A stretch of 64,000 bases of DNA from the human T2T-CHM13v2.0 reference genome, Homo sapiens (GCF_009914755.1 NC_060948.1), one strand, 5' to 3'; shown: positions 28,701-45,400, counted from the stretch's first letter. The notes: generated from the letters alone by a model not told the origin. A program made the numbers and translations.

Positions 28701-31700
28701 ATAGAAAGGACTCGAATGGAATGAAAAAGAATTGAATGGAATAGAACAGAATGGAATCAAATCGAATGAAATGGAATGGAATAGAAAGGAATGGAATGAA
28801 ATGGAATGGAAAGGATTCGAATGGAATGCAATCGAATGGAATGGAATCGAACGGAATGGAATAAAATGGAAGAAAACTGGCAAGAAATGGAATCGAAAGG
28901 AATGGAGTGTTATGGAACGGACTCAAAAGGAATTGAATGTAATAGAATGGAGTGGAGTGGACTCGAATATAATGGACTGGAATGGAATGAAATCACATGG
29001 AATGGGAACGAATGGAATGGAATGGAAAGGAATGGAATCGAATGGAAAGGAATCGAATGGAAGGGAATGAAATTGAATCAACAGGAATGGAAGGGAATAG
29101 AATAGACGGTAATGGAATGGACTCGAATAGAATGGACACGAATGCTCAAATTGAATGGACTCGAATGGAATGGAAACGAAAGGAATGTCATCGAATGGAA
29201 TTGAATCGATTGGAATGAAATGGCATAGAATGGAGTGGAATCAAATGGAATTGAATCGAAAGGAAAGGAAGCGAATGGACTGAAATGAAATGGAATGGAA
29301 TTGAATGGAAAGTAATGCAATGGAATAGAATGGAACGAAATTTCACGGAATGGAATCAAACTGAATGGAATCAAATCAATGGAATCTAATCAAATGGAAT
29401 GGAAAGGAATTGAATGGAATAGATTGGATTGGATGGGATTGGAATGAAATGTACTGGAAAGGACTCGAATTTCATGAAACGGAATGGAATGAATTGGAAC
29501 GGAGTGGACTCGAATGGAATGGAATGTCATGGAATGGCATCAAATGGAATGGCATCAAATGGAATGGAATCGAATGCAATGGAATGCTATGGAATGGAAT
29601 GGAATGCATTGGAATGGAATGTCCTCTAATGGAATGGATTCGAGTGGAATGGAATCGAATATAATGGAGTCGAATGAAATGGAATTGAAAGGAATGGGAT
29701 CGAATACAATGGAATATACTGGAATGTAATGTAATGAACTCGAATGTAATTGACTGGAATGGAATGTACATGAATGGAATGTAATCGAATGGAAAGTAAT
29801 CCAATGGAATAGAATCTAATGCAATAAAATCGACTCAGATAGAGTAGAATGTAATGGAATGGAGTGCAGTGCAATGGAATGAAATGGAATGGAATGCAAT
29901 GGAATGGAATGTTATGGAATGGAATGGGATGGAATGGTATGGAATGGACAGTAATGGACTGGAGTGAAATGGACTGGAAAGGAATGGACTCAAATTGAAA
30001 GGGCTCGAAAGGAATGGAGACAAATGGAATGGTCTGGAATGGAATGAACACGAATGTAATGCAATCCAATAGAATGGAGTCGAATGGCATGGAATATAAA
30101 GAAATGGAATCGAAGAGAATGGAAACAAATGGAATGGAATTGAATGGAATGGAATTGAATGGAATGGGAACGAATGGAGTGAAATTGTATGCAGTAGAAG
30201 AGAATAGAATGGAATGCAAGCGAAAGGAAAGGAATGGATTGGAATGGAATGGAATTCATTGGAATGGAAGGGAATGTAGTGTAATGGACAGGCCTGGAAT
30301 AAAGTGGAATGCTACGGTCTCGAATGGTATAAAAATGTATGGAATGGAATGCAATGAAACGGAATCGAATGTCATAGAATGTAATGGAATGCAAAAAAAT
30401 GGAATCCAAAATCATTGACTGGAAAGGCTGGGTGTCGAAAGGAATTGACTCCAATGGAATGGAATCGAATGGAATGGAAGTGAATAGAATCGAACTAAAT
30501 CGAATGGAATGGAATTGATAGGAACGGAATGGAAAGGAATGCAATGATTTGGCATGGAATGCAATCGAATGGCATCGAATGGAATGGAATGGAATGCAAT
30601 GGAATGGAATGTATTAGAATGTAATGAACTTTAATGGAATGTACTCGAATGGATTCGACTGGAATGGAATGTTCTGGAAGTGAATGGACGCCAATGGAAT
30701 GGATTCCAAAGGAATGGAATCGTACGGAATGGAATCTAATGGAATGGAATTAAATGGAAATGAATCAAATTGAATAGCACGGAATTGAATTGAATGGAAT
30801 GGAATGCAATGGAATCTAATGAAACGGAAAGGAAAGGAATGGAATGGAATGGAATGGGCTGGAATGGAAAGGAATCGAAACGAATGGAATGGAATCGAAG
30901 TGAAGAGACTGGAATGGAATGCACTGGAATGGAAGGGAGTGTAATGGAAGGTTCTCGAAAAAAATGGAATCGAATGGAATGGAATTGAATGGAACGGAAT
31001 AGAGTCGAATGGAATTGAATGGAATGGAATGGACTAGAGTGAAATGGAATCGAACCACAAGGAATGGACAGGAATAGAATGGTCTCGAATTGAATGGAAT
31101 CGTATGGAATGGCATCAAACGGAATGGAATGGACAGCCACGGAATGGAATGCACTCGAATGCAATGGAGTCGAAACTAATGGACTGGAATAGAATGGACT
31201 CGACTGGTACGGACTCCAATGGAATGGAATCGAATGGAAGGGAATCGAACGGAATGGACTCGAAGGGAAAAGACTGCAATGGAAAGGTCTCCAATGGAAT
31301 GGAAATTAATGGAATGGAATGGAATCGAATGAAATGGAGTCAAAAGGAATGGAATCGAATGGCAAGAAATCGAATGTAATGGAATCGCAAGGAATGGATG
31401 TGAACGGAACGGAATGGAATGGAATCCAAAGGAATGGAATAGAATGGAATGGAATCGAATGGAAAGGACTCGAATGGAAATCACTCGAATAGAATGCAAT
31501 TTAATAAAATAGGATCAAATGTAATGGAATGGAATGGAAAGGAATCGAAACGAAAGGAATGGAGACAGATGGAATGGAATGGAACAGAGAGCAATGGTAT
31601 AGAATGGAATGGAATCATCTGGAATGGAATTGAATGGAATGGAATAATATGAAATGGAATGGAATGGAATGGAATGGAATGCCCTTGAATTAAATGGACC

Positions 31701-33400
31701 GGACTCGAACAGAGTGGAATGGAAAGTGTTGAGATAGAATGGAATGGACTCCTTTGGAATGGTGTAGTATGCAATGCAATCGACTGGCAGGGAATCAAAA
31801 GGAATGTAATGGAATGGATTGGACTGGAATGCAATGGACTCGAATAGATTGGAAACGGAATGCAAAGGAATAGAATGGAATAGTATGGAATGGAATGGAA
31901 AGGAATGGAGTGGAATAGACTAGAGTGGAATGGAATGGACTGGAAAGCAATGGACTGGAATGGAACTTTCTTGAATGGACTGGAATCAAACGGAATGGAA
32001 TGCAATGCAATCAAATGGCATGGAATAAAATAGAATGAAAGAGAATCAAATGGAATTGAATGGAATGGAATCGAATGGATTGGAAAGGAATAGAATGGAA
32101 TGGAATGGAATTGACTCAAATGGAATGGACTAGAATGGAATGGATTCGAATGGAAGGCAAAGGAATGGAATCTATTGGAATGGACTGTAATGGAATGGAA
32201 TGGAAGGGATTGGAATGGACTCGAATGGAATGGACTGCAATAGAAAGGACTCGAATGGAATGAAAAAGAATTGAATGGAATAGAACAGAATGGAATCAAA
32301 TCGAATGAAATGGAATGGAATAGAAAGGAATGGAATGAAATGGAATGGAAAGGATTCGAATGGAATGCAATCGAATGGAATGGAATCGAACGGAATGGAA
32401 TAAAATGGAAGAAAACTGGCAAGAAATGGAATCGAAAGGAATGGAGTGTTATGGAACGGACTCAAAAGGAATTGAATGTAATAGAATGGAGTGGAGTGGA
32501 CTCGAATATAATGGACTGGAATGGAATGAAATCACATGGAATGGGAACGAATGGAATGGAATGGAAAGGAATGGAATCGAATGGAAAGGAATCGAATGGA
32601 AGGGAATGAAATTGAATCAACAGGAATGGAAGGGAATAGAATAGACGGTAATGGAATGGACTCGAATAGAATGGACACGAATGCTCAAATTGAATGGACT
32701 CGAATGGAATGGAAACGAAAGGAATGTCATCGAATGGAATTGAATCGATTGGAATGAAATGGCATAGAATGGAGTGGAATCAAATGGAATTGAATCGAAA
32801 GGAAAGGAAGCGAATGGACTGAAATGAAATGGAATGGAATTGAATGGAAAGTAATGCAATGGAATAGAATGGAACGAAATTTCACGGAATGGAATCAAAC
32901 TGAATGGAATCAAATCAATGGAATCTAATCAAATGGAATGGAAAGGAATTGAATGGAATAGATTGGATTGGATGGGATTGGAATGAAATGTACTGGAAAG
33001 GACTCGAATTTCATGAAACGGAATGGAATGAATTGGAACGGAGTGGACTCGAATGGAATGGAATGTCATGGAATGGCATCAAATGGAATGGCATCAAATG
33101 GAATGGAATCGAATGCAATGGAATGCTGTGGAATGGAATGGAATGCATTGGAATGGAATGTCCTCTAATGGAATGGAATCGAGTGGAATGGAATCGAATA
33201 TAATGGAGTCGAATGAAATGGAATTGAAAGGAATGGGATCGAATACAATGGAATATACTGGAATGTAATGTAATGAACTCGAATGTAATTGACTGGAATG
33301 GAATGTACATGAATGGAATGTAATCGAATGGAAAGTAATCCAATGGAATAGAATCTAATGCAATAAAATCGACTCAGATAGAGTAGAATGTAATGGAATG
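22800..33400. repeat. Three near-identical tandem 3539 bp units (subtype D)
   Basis: GGCC at 23213/26752/30291 and CCGG at 24621/28160/31699, all spaced exactly 3539. Shared gttatggaat (~22833, ~26372, 29911) and ggacagtaat variants. Confidence 0.85.
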
Positions 33401-36400
33401 GAGTGCAGTGCAATGCAATTGAATGGAATGGAATGCAATGGAATGGAATGGAATGGAATGGAATGGAATGGAATGGGATGGAATGGTATGGAATGGATAG
33501 TAATGGACTGGAGTGAAATGGACTGGAAAGGAATGGACTCAAATTGAAAGGGCTCGAAAGGAATGGAGTCAAATGGAATGGTCTGGAATGGAATGAACAC
33601 GAATGTAATGCAATCCAATAGAATGGAATCGAATGGCATGGAATATAAAGAAATGGAATCGAAGAGAATGGAAACAAATGGAATGGAATTGAATGGAATG
33701 GGAAGGAATGGAGTGAAATTGTATGCAGTAGAAGAGAATAGAATGGAATGCAAGCGAAAGGAAAGGAATGGATTGGAATGGAATGGAATTCATTGGAATG
33801 GAAGGGAATGTAGTGTAATGGACAGGCCTGGAATAAAGTGGAATGCTACGGTCTCGAATGGAATAAAAATGTATGGAATGGAATGCAATGAAACGGAATC
33901 GAATGTCATAGAATGTAATGGAATGCAAAAAAATGGAATCCAAAATCATTGACTGGAAAGGCTGGGTGTCGAAAGGAATTGACTCCAATGGAATGGAATC
34001 GAATGGAATGGAAGTGAATAGAATCGAACTAAATCGAATGGAATGGAATTGATAGGAACGGAATGGAAAGGAATGCAATGATTTGGCATGGAATGGAATC
34101 GAATGGCATCGAATGGAATGGAATGGAATGCAATGGAATGGAATGTATTAGAATGTAATGAACTTTAATGGAATGTACTCGAATGGATTCGACTGGAATG
34201 GAATGTTCTGGAAGTGAATGGACTCCAATGGAATGGATTCAAAAGGAATGGAATCGTACGGAATGGAATCTAATGGAATGGAATTAAATGGAAATGAATC
34301 AAATTGAATAGCACGGAATTGAATTGAATGGAATGGAATGCAATGGAATCTAATGAAACGGAAAGGAAAGGAATGGAATGGAATGGAATGGACTGGAATG
34401 GAAAGGAATCGAAACGAATGGAATGGAATCGAACTGAAGAGACTGGAATGGAATGCACTGGAATGGAAGGGAGTGTAATGGAAGGTTCTCGAAAAAAATG
34501 CAATCGAATGGAATGGAATTGAATGGAACGGAATAGAGTCGAATGGAATTGAATGGAATGGAATGGACTAGAGTGAAATGGAATCGAACCACAAGGAATG
34601 GACAGGAATAGAATGGTCTCGAATTGAATGGAATCGTATGGAATGGCATCAAACGGAATGGAATGGACAGCCACGGAATGGAATGCACTCGAATGCAATG
34701 GAGTCGAAACTAATGGACTGGAATAGAATGGACTCGACTGGTACGGACTCCAATGGAATGGAATCGAATGGAAGGGAATCGAACGGAATGGACTCGAAGG
34801 GAAAAGACTGCAATGGAAAGGTCTCGAATGGAATGGAAATTAATGGAATGGAATGGAATCGAATGAAATGGAGTCAAAAGGAATGGAATCGAATGGCAAG
34901 AAATCGAATGTAATGGAATCGCAAGGAATTGATGTGAACGGAATGGAATGGAATGGAATCCAAAGGAATGGAATAGAATGGAATGGAATCGAATGGAAAG
35001 GACTCGAATGGAAATCACTCGAATAGAATGCAATTTAATAAAATAGGATCAAATGTAATGGAATGCAATGGAAAGCAATCGAAACGAAAGGAATGGAGAC
35101 AGATGGAATGGAATAGAACAGAGAGCAATGGTATAGAATGGAATGGAATCATCTGGAATGGAATTGAATGGAATGGAATAATATGAAATGGAATGGAATG
35201 GAATGGAATGGAATGCCCTTGTATTAAATGGACTGGAATGGAATGGACTCGAACAGAGTGGAATGGAAAGTGTTGAGATAGAATGGAATGGACTCCTTTG
35301 GAATGGTGTAGTATGCAATACAATCGACTGGCAGGGAATCAAAAGGAATGTAATCGAATGGATTGGACTGGAATGCAATGGACTCGAATAGATTGCAAAC
35401 GGAATGCAAAGGAATGGAATGGAATAGTATGGAATGGAATGGAAAGGAATGGAGTGGAATAGACTAGAGTGGAATGGAATGGACTGGAAAGCAATGGACT
35501 GGAATGGAACTTTCTTGAATGGACTGGAATCAAACGGAATGGAATGCAATGCAATCAAATGGCATGGAATAAAATAGAATGAAAGAGAATCAAATGGAAT
35601 TGAATCGAATGGAATCGAATGGATTGGAAAGAATAGAATGGAATGGAATGGAATGGACTAGAATGGAATGGATTCGAATGGAAGGCAAAGGAATGGAATC
35701 TATTGGAATGGACTGTAATGGAATGGAATGGAAGGGATTGGAATGGACTCGAATGGAATTGACTGCAATAGAAAGGATTCGAATGGAATGAAAAAGAATT
35801 GAATGGAATAGAACAGAATGGAATCAAATCGAATGAAATGGAATGGAATAGAAAGGAATGGAATGAAATGGAATGGAAAGGATTCGAATGGAATGCAATC
35901 GAATGGAATGGAATCGAACGGAATGGAATAAAATGGAAGAAAACTGGCAAGAAATGGAATCGAAATGAATGGAGTGTTATGGAACGGACTCAAAAGGAAT
36001 TGAATGTAATAGAATGGAGTGGAGTGGACTCGAATATAATGGACTGGAATGGAATGAAATCACATGGAATGGGAACGAATGGAATGGAATGGAAAGGAAT
36101 GGAATGGAATGGAAAGGAATCGAATGGAAGGGAATGAAATTGAATCAACAGGAATGGAAGGGAATAGAATAGACGGTAATGGAATGGACTCGAATAGAAT
36201 GGACACGAATGCTCAAATTGAATGGACTCGAAAGGAATGGAAAGGAAAGGAATGTCATCGAATGGAATTGAATCGATTGGAATGAAATCGCATAGAATGG
36301 AGTGGAATCAAATGGAATTGAATCGAAAGGAAAGGAAGCGAATGGACTGAAATGAAATGGAATGGAATTGAATGGAAAGTAATGCAATGGAATAGAATGG

Positions 36401-39400
36401 AACGAAATTTCACGGAATGGAATCAAACTGAATGGAATCAAATCAATGGAATCTAATCAAATGGAATGGAAAGGAATTGAATGGAGTAGATTGGATTGGA
36501 TGGGATTGGAATGAAATGTACTGGAAAGGACTCGAATTTCATGAAACGGAATGGAATGAATTGGAACGGAATGGACTCGAATGGAATGGAATGTCATCGA
36601 ATGGCATCAAATGGAATGGCATCAAATGGAATGGAATCGAATGCAATGGAATGCTATGGAATGGAATGGAATGCATTGGAATGGAATGTCCTCTAATGGA
36701 ATGGATTCGAGTGGAATGGAATCGAATATAATGGAGTCGAATGAAATGGAATTGAAAAGAATGGGATCGAATACAATGGAATATACTGGAATGTAATGTA
36801 ATGAACTCGAATGTAATTGACTGGAATGGAATGTACATGAATGGAATGTAATCGAATGGAAAGTAATCCAATGGAATAGAATGTAATGCAATAAAATCGA
36901 CTCAGATAGAGTAGAATGTAATGGAATGGAGTGCAGTGCAATGGAATGGAATGGAATGGAATGCAATGGAATGGAATGGAATGGAATGGAATGGGATGGA
37001 ATGGTATGGAATGGATAGTAATGGACTGGAGTGAAATGGACTGGAATGGAATGGACTCAAATTGAAAGGGCTCGAAAGGAATGGAGACAAATGGAATGGT
37101 CTGGAATGGAATGAACACGAATGTAATGCAATCCAATAGAATGGAGTCGAATGGCATGGAATATAAAGAAATGGAATCGAAGAGAATGGAAACAAATGGA
37201 ATGGAATTGAATGGAATGGAATTGAATGGAATGGGAACGAATGGAGTGAAATTGTATGCAGTAGAAGAGAATAGAATGGAATGCAAGCGAAAGGAAAGGA
37301 ATGGATTGGAATGGAATGGAATTCATTGGAATGGAAGGGAATGTAGTGTAATGGACAGGCCTGGAATAAAGTGGAATGCTACGGTCTCGAATGGTATAAA
37401 AATGTATGGAATGGAATGCAATGAAACGGAATCGAATGTCATAGAATGTAATGGAATGCAAAAAAATGGAATCCAAAATCATTGACTGGAAAGGCTGGGT
37501 GTCGAAAGGAATTGACTCCAATGGAATGGAATCGAATGGAATGGAAGTGAATAGAATCGAACTAAATCGAATGGAATGGAATTGATAGGAACGGAATGGA
37601 AAGGAATGCAATGATTTGGCATGGAATGCAATCGAATGGCATCGAATGGAATGGAATGGAATGCAATGGAATGGAATGTATTAGAATGTAATGAACTTTA
37701 ATGGAATGTACTCGAATGGATTCGACTGGAATGGAATGTTCTGGAAGTGAATGGACTCCAATGGAATGGATTCCAAAGGAATGGAATCGTACGGAATGGA
37801 ATCTAATGGAATGGAATTAAATGGAAATGAATCAAATTGAATAGCACGGAATTGAATTGAATGGAATGGAATGCAATGGAATCTAATGAAACGGAAAGGA
37901 AAGGAATGGAATGGAATGGAATGGGCTGGAATGGAAAGGAATCGAAACGAATGGAATGGAATCGAACTGAAGAGACTGGAATGGAATGCACTGGAATGGA
38001 AGGGAGTGTAATGGAAGGTTCTCGAAAAAAATGCAATCGAATGGAATGGAATTGAATGGAACGGAATAGAGTCGAATGGAATTGAATGGAATGGAATGGA
38101 CTAGAGTGAAATGCAATCGAACCACAAGGAATGGACAGGAATAGAATGGTCTCGAATTGAATGGAATCGTATGGAATGGCATCAAACGGAATGGAATGGA
38201 CAGCCACGGAATGGAATGCACTCGAATGCAATGGAGTCGAAACTAATGGACTGGAATAGAATGGACTCGACTGGTACGGACTCCAATGGAATGGAATCGA
38301 ATGGAAGGGAATCGAACGGAATGGACTCGAAGGGAAAAGACTGCAATGGAAAGGTCTCGAATGGAATGGAAATTAATTGAATGGAATGGAATCGAATGAA
38401 ATGGAGTCAAAAGGAATGGAATCGAATGGCAAGAAATCGAATGTAATGGAATCGCAAGGAATTGATGTGAACGGAACGGAATGGAATGGAATCCAAAGGA
38501 ATGGAATATAATGGAATGGAATCGAATGGAAAGGACTCGAATGGAAATCACTCGAATAGAATGCAATTTAATAAAATAGGATCAAATGTAATGGAATGGA
38601 ATGGAAAGGAATCGAAACGAAAGGAATGGAGACAGATGGAATGGAATGGAACAGAGAGCAATGGTATAGAATGGAATGGAATCATCTGGAATGGAATTGA
38701 ATGGAATGGAATAATATGAAATGGAATGGAATGGAATGGAATGGAATGCCCTTGAATTAAATGGACCGGACTCGAACAGAGTGGAATGGAAAGTGTTGAG
38801 ATAGAATGGAATGGACTCCTTTGGAATGGTGTAGTATGCAATGCAATCGACTGGCAGGGAATCAAAAGGAATGTAATGGAATGGATTGGACTGGAATGCA
38901 ATGGACTCGAATAGATTGGAAACGGAATGCAAAGGAATAGAATGGAATAGTATGGAATGGAATGGAAAGGAATGGAGTGGAATAGACTAGAGTGGAATGG
39001 AATGGACTGGAAAGCAATGGACTGGAATGGAACTTTCTTGAATGGACTGGAATCAAACGGAATGGAATGCAATGCAATCAAATGGCATGGAATAACATAG
39101 AATGAAAGAGAATCAAATGGAATTGAATCGAATGGAATCGAATGGATTGGAAAGGAATAGAATGGAATGGAATGGAATTGACTCAAATGGAATGGACTAG
39201 AATGGAATGGATTCGAATGGAAGGCAAAGGAATGGAATCTATTGGAATGGACTGTAATGGAATGGAATGGAAGGGATTGGAATGGACTCGAATGGAATGG
39301 ACTGCAATAGAAAGGACTCGAATGGAATGAAAAAGAATTGAATGGAATAGAACAGAATGGAATCAAATCGAATGAAATGGAATGGAATAGAAAGGAATGG

Positions 39401-42400
39401 AATGAAATGGAATGGAAAGGATTCGAATGGAATGCAATCGAATGGAATGGAATCGAACGGAATGGAATAAAATGGAAGAAAACTGGCAAGAAATGGAATC
39501 GAAAGGAATGGAGTGTTATGGAACGGACTCAAAATGAATTGAATGTAATAGAATGGAGTGGAGTGGACTCGAATATAATGGACTGGAATGGAATGAAATC
39601 ACATGGAATGGGAACGAATGGAATGGAATGGAAAGGAATGGAATCGAATGGAAAGGAATCGAATGGAAGGGAATGAAATTGAATCAACAGGAATGGAAGG
39701 GAATAGAATAGACGGTAATGGAATGGACTCGAATAGAATGGACACGAATGCTCAAATTGAATGGACTCGAATGGAATGGAAACGAAAGGAATGTCATCGA
39801 ATGGAATTGAATCGATTGGAATGAAATGGCATAGAATGGAGTGGAATCAAATGGAATTGAATCGAAAGGAAAGGAAGCGAAGGGACTGAAATTAAATGGA
39901 ATGGAATTGAATGGAAAGTAATGCAATGGAATAGAATGGAACGAAATTTCACGGAATGGAATCAAACTGAATGGAATCAAATCAATGGAATCTAATCAAA
40001 TGGAATGGAAAGGAATTGAATGGAATAGATTGGATTGGATGGGATTGGAATGAAATGTACTGGAAAGGACTCGAATTTCATGAAACGGAATGGAATGAAT
40101 TGGAACGGAGTGGACTCGAATGGAATGGAATGTCATGGAATGGCATCAAATGGAATGGCATCAAATGGAATGGAATCGAATGCAATGGAATGCTATGGAA
40201 TGGAATGGAATGCATTGGAATGGAATGTCCTCTAATGGAATGGATTCGAGTGGAATGGAATCGAATATAATGGAGTCGAATGAAATGGAATTGAAAGGAA
40301 TGGGATCGAATACAATGGAATATACTGGAATGTAATGTAATGAACTCGAATGTAATTGACTGGAATGGAATGTACATGAATGGAATGTAATCGAATGGAA
40401 AGTAATCCAATGGAATAGAATCTAATGCAATAAAATCGACTCAGATAGAGTAGAATGTAATGGAATGGAGTGCAGTGCAATGCAATTGAATGGAATGGAA
40501 TGCAATGGAATGGAATGGAATGGAATGGAATGGAATGGAATGGAATGGGATGGAATGGTATGGAATGGATAGTAATGGACTGGAGTGAAATGGACTGGAA
40601 AGGAATGGACTCAAATTGAAAGGGCTCGAAAGGAATGGAGTCAAATGGAATGGTCTGGAATGGAATGAACACGAATGTAATGCAATCCAATAGAATGGAA
40701 TCGAATGGCATGGAATATAAAGAAATGGAATCGAAGAGAATGGAAACAAATGGAATGGAATTGAATGGAATGGGAACGAATGGAGTGAAATTGTATGCAG
40801 TAGAAGAGAATAGAATGGAATGCAAGCGAAAGGAAAGGAATGGATTGGAATGGAATGGAATTCATTGGAATGGAAGGGAATGTAGTGTAATGGACAGGCC
40901 TGGAATAAAGTGGGATGCTACGGTCTCGAATGGAATAAAAATGTATGGAATGGAATGCAATGAAACGGAATCGAATGTCATAGAATGTAATGGAATGCAA
41001 CAAAATGGAATCCAAAATCATTGACTGGAAAGGCTGGGTGTCGAAAGAATTGACTCCAATGGAATGGAATCGAATGGAATGGAAGTGAATAGAATCGAAC
41101 TAAATCGAATGGAATGGAATTGATAGGAACGGAATGGAAAGGAATGCAATGATTTGGCATGGAATGGAATCGAATGGCATCGAATGGAATGGAATGGAAT
41201 GCAATGGAATGGAATGTATTAGAATGTAATGAACTTTAATGGAATGTACTCGAATGGATTCGACTGGAATGGAATGTTCTGGAAGTGAATGGACTCCAAT
41301 GGAATGGATTCCAAAGGAATGGAATCGTACGGAATGGAATCTAATGGAATGGAATTAAATGGAAATGAATCAAATTGAATAGCACGGAATTGAATTGAAT
41401 GGAATGGAATGCAATGGAATCTAATGAAACGGAAAGGAAAGGAATGGAATGGAATGGAATGGACTGGAATGGAAAGGAATCGAAACGAATGGAATGGAAT
41501 CGAACTGAAGAGACTGGAATGGAATGCACTGGAATGGAAGGGAGTGTAATGGAAGGTTCTCGAAAAAAATGCAATCGAATGGAATGGAATTGAATGGAAC
41601 GGAATAGAGTCGAATGGAATTGAATGGAATGGAATGGACTAGAGTGAAATGGAATCGAACCACAAGGAATGGACAGGAATAGAATGGTCTCGAATTGAAT
41701 GGAATCGTATGGAATGGCATCAAACGGAATGGAATGGACAGCCACGGAATGGAATGCACTCGAATGCAATGGAGTCGAAACTAATGGACTGGAATAGAAT
41801 GGACTCGACTGGTACGGACTCCAATGGAATGGAATCGAATGGAAGGGAATCGAACGGAATGGACTCGAAGGGAAAAGACTGCAATGGAAAGGTCTCGAAT
41901 GGAATGGAAATTAATGGAATGGAATGGAATCGAATGAAATGGAGTCAAAAGGAATGGAATCGAATGGCAAGAAATCGAATGTAATGGAATCGCAAGGAAT
42001 TGATGTGAACGGAATGTAATGGAATGGAATCCAAAGGAATGGAATAGAATGGAATGGAATCGAATGGAAAGGACTCGAATGGAAATCACTCGAATAGAAT
42101 GCAATTTAATAAAATAGGATCAAATGTAATGGAATGGAATGGAAAGCAATCGAAACGAAAGGAATGGAGACAGATGGAATGGAATAGAACAGAGAGCAAT
42201 GGTATAGAATGGAATGGAATCATCTGGAATGGAATTGAATGGAATGGAATAATATGAAATGGAATGGAATGGAATGGAATGGAATGCCCTTGAATTAAAT
42301 GGACTGGAATGGAATGGACTCGAACAGAGTGGAATGGAAAGTGTTGAGATAGAATGGAATGGACTCCTTTGGAATGGTGTAGTATGCAATACAATCGACT

Positions 42401-45400
42401 GGCAGGGAATCAAAAGGAATGTAATCGAATGGATTGGACTGGAATGCAATGGACTCGAATAGATTGCAAACGGAATGCAAAGGAATGGAATGGAATAGTA
42501 TGGAATGGAATGGAAAGGAATGGAGTGGAATAGACTAGAGTGGAATGGAATGGACTGGAAAGCAATGGACTGGAATGGAACTTTCTTGAATGGACTGGAA
42601 TCAAACGGAATGGAATGCAATGCAATCAAATGGCATGGAATAAAATAGAATGAAAGAGAATCAAATGGAATTGAATCGAATGGAATCGAATGGATTGGAA
42701 AGAATAGAATGGAATGGAATGGAATGGACTAGAATGGAATGGATTCGAATGGAAGGCAAAGGAATGGAATCTATTGGAATGGACTGTAATGGAATGGAAT
42801 GGAAGGGATTGGAATGGACTCGAATGGAATTGACTGCAATAGAAAGGATTCGAATGGAATGAAAAAGAATTGAATGGAATAGAACAGAATGGAATCAAAT
42901 CGAATGAAATGGAATGGAATAGAAAGGAATGGAATGAAATGGAATGGAAAGGATTCGAATGGAATGCAATCGAATGGAATGGAATCGAACGGAATGGAAT
43001 AAAATGGAAGAAAACTGGCAAGAAATGGAATCGAAATGAATGGAGTGTTATGGAACGGACTCAAAAGGAATTGAATGTAATAGAATGGAGTGGAGTGGAC
43101 TCGAATATAATGGACTGGAATGGAATGAAATCACATGGAATGGGAACGAATGGAATGGAATGGAAAGGAATGGAATCGAATGGAAAGGAATCGAATGGAA
43201 GGGAATGAAATTGAATCAACAGGAATGGAAGGGAATAGAATAGACGGTAATGGAATGGACTCGAATAGAATGGACACGAATGCTCAAATTGAATGGACTC
43301 GAATGGAATGGAAAGGAAAGGAATGTCATCGAATGGAATTGAATCGATTGGAATGAAATCGCATAGAATGGAGTGGAATCAAATGGAATTGAATCGAAAG
43401 GAAAGGAAGCGAATGGACTGAAATGAAATGGAATGGAATTGAATGGAAAGTAATGCAATGGAATAGAATGGAACGAAATTTCACGGAATGGAATCAAACT
43501 GAATGGAATCAAATCAATGGAATCTAATCAAATGGAATGGAAAGGAACTGAATGGAGTAGATTGGATTGGATGGGATTGGAATGAAATGTACTGGAAAGG
43601 ACTCGAATTTCATGAAACGGAATGGAATGAATTGGAACGGAATGGACTCGAATGGAATGGAATGTCATCGAATGGCATCAAATGGAATGACATCAAATGG
43701 AATGGAATCGAATGCAATGGAATGCTATGGAATGGAATGGAATGCATTGGAATGGAATGTCCTCTAATGGAATGGATTCGAGTGGAATGGAATCGAATAT
43801 AATGGAGTCGAATGAAATGGAATTGAAAACAATGGGATCGAATACAATGGAATATACTGGAATGTAATGTAATGAACTCGAATGTAATTGACTGGAATGG
43901 AATGTACATGAATGGAATGTAATCGAATGAAAAGTAATCCAATGGAATAGAATGTAATGCAATAAAATCGACTCAGATAGAGTAGAATGTAATGGAATGG
44001 AGTTCAGTGCAATGGAATGGAATGGAATGGAATGCAATGGAATGGAATGGAATGGAATGGAATGGGATGGAATGGTATGGAATGGATAGTAATGGACTGG
44101 AGTGAAATGGACTGGAATGGAATGGACTCAAATTGAAAGGGCTCGAAAGGAATGGAGACAAATGGAATGGTCTGGAATGGAATGAACACGAATGTAATGC
44201 AATCCAACAGAATGGAGTCGAATGGCATGGAATATAAAGAAATGGAATCGAAGAGAATGGAAACAAATGGAATGGAATTGAATGGAATGGAATTGAATGG
44301 AATGGGAACGAATGGAGTGAAATTGTATGCAGTAGAAGAGAATAGAATGGAATGCAAGCGAAAGGAAAGGAATGGATTGGAATGGAATGGAATTCATTGG
44401 AATGGAAGGGAATGTAGTGTAATGGACAGGCCTGGAATAAAGTGGAATGCTACGGTCTCGAATGGTATAAAAATGTATGGAATGGAATGCAATGAAACGG
44501 AATCGAATGTCATAGAATGTAATGGAATGCAAAAAAATGGAATCCAAAATCATTGACTGGAAAGGCTGGGTGTCGAAAGGAATTGACTCCAATGGAATGG
44601 AATCGAATGGAATGGAAGTGAATAGAATCGAACTAAATCGAATGGAATGGAATTGATAGGAACGGAATGGAAAGGAATGCAATGATTTGGCATGGAATGC
44701 AATCGAATGGCATCGAATGGAATGGAATGGAATGCAATGGAATGGAATGTATTAGAATGTAATGAACTTTAATGGAATGTACTCGAATGGATTCGACTGG
44801 AATGGAATGTTCTGGAAGTGAATGGACTCCAATGGAATGGATTCAAAAGGAATGGAATCGTACGGAATGGAATCTAATGGAATGGAATTAAATGGAAATG
44901 AATCAAATTGAATAGCACGGAATTGAATTGAATGGAATGGAATGCAATGGAATCTAATGAAACGGAAAGGAAAGGAATGGAATGGAATGGAATGGGCTGG
45001 AATGGAAAGGAATCGAAACGAATGGAATGGAATCGAAGTGAAGAGACTGGAATGGAATGCACTGGAATGGAAGGGAGTGTAATGGAAGGTTCTCGAAAAA
45101 AATGGAATCGAATGGAATGGAATTGAATGGAACGGAATAGAGTCGAATGGAATTGAATGGAATGGAATGGACTAGAGTGAAATGGAATCGAACCACAAGG
45201 AATGGACAGGAATAGAATGGTCTCGAATTGAATGGAATCGTATGGAATGGCATCAAACGGAATGGAATGGACAGCCACGGAATGGAATGCACTCGAATGC
45301 AATGGAGTCGAAACTAATGGACTGGAATAGAATGGACTCGACTGGTACGGACTCCAATGGAATGGAATCGAATGGAAGGGAATCGAACGGAATGGACTCG

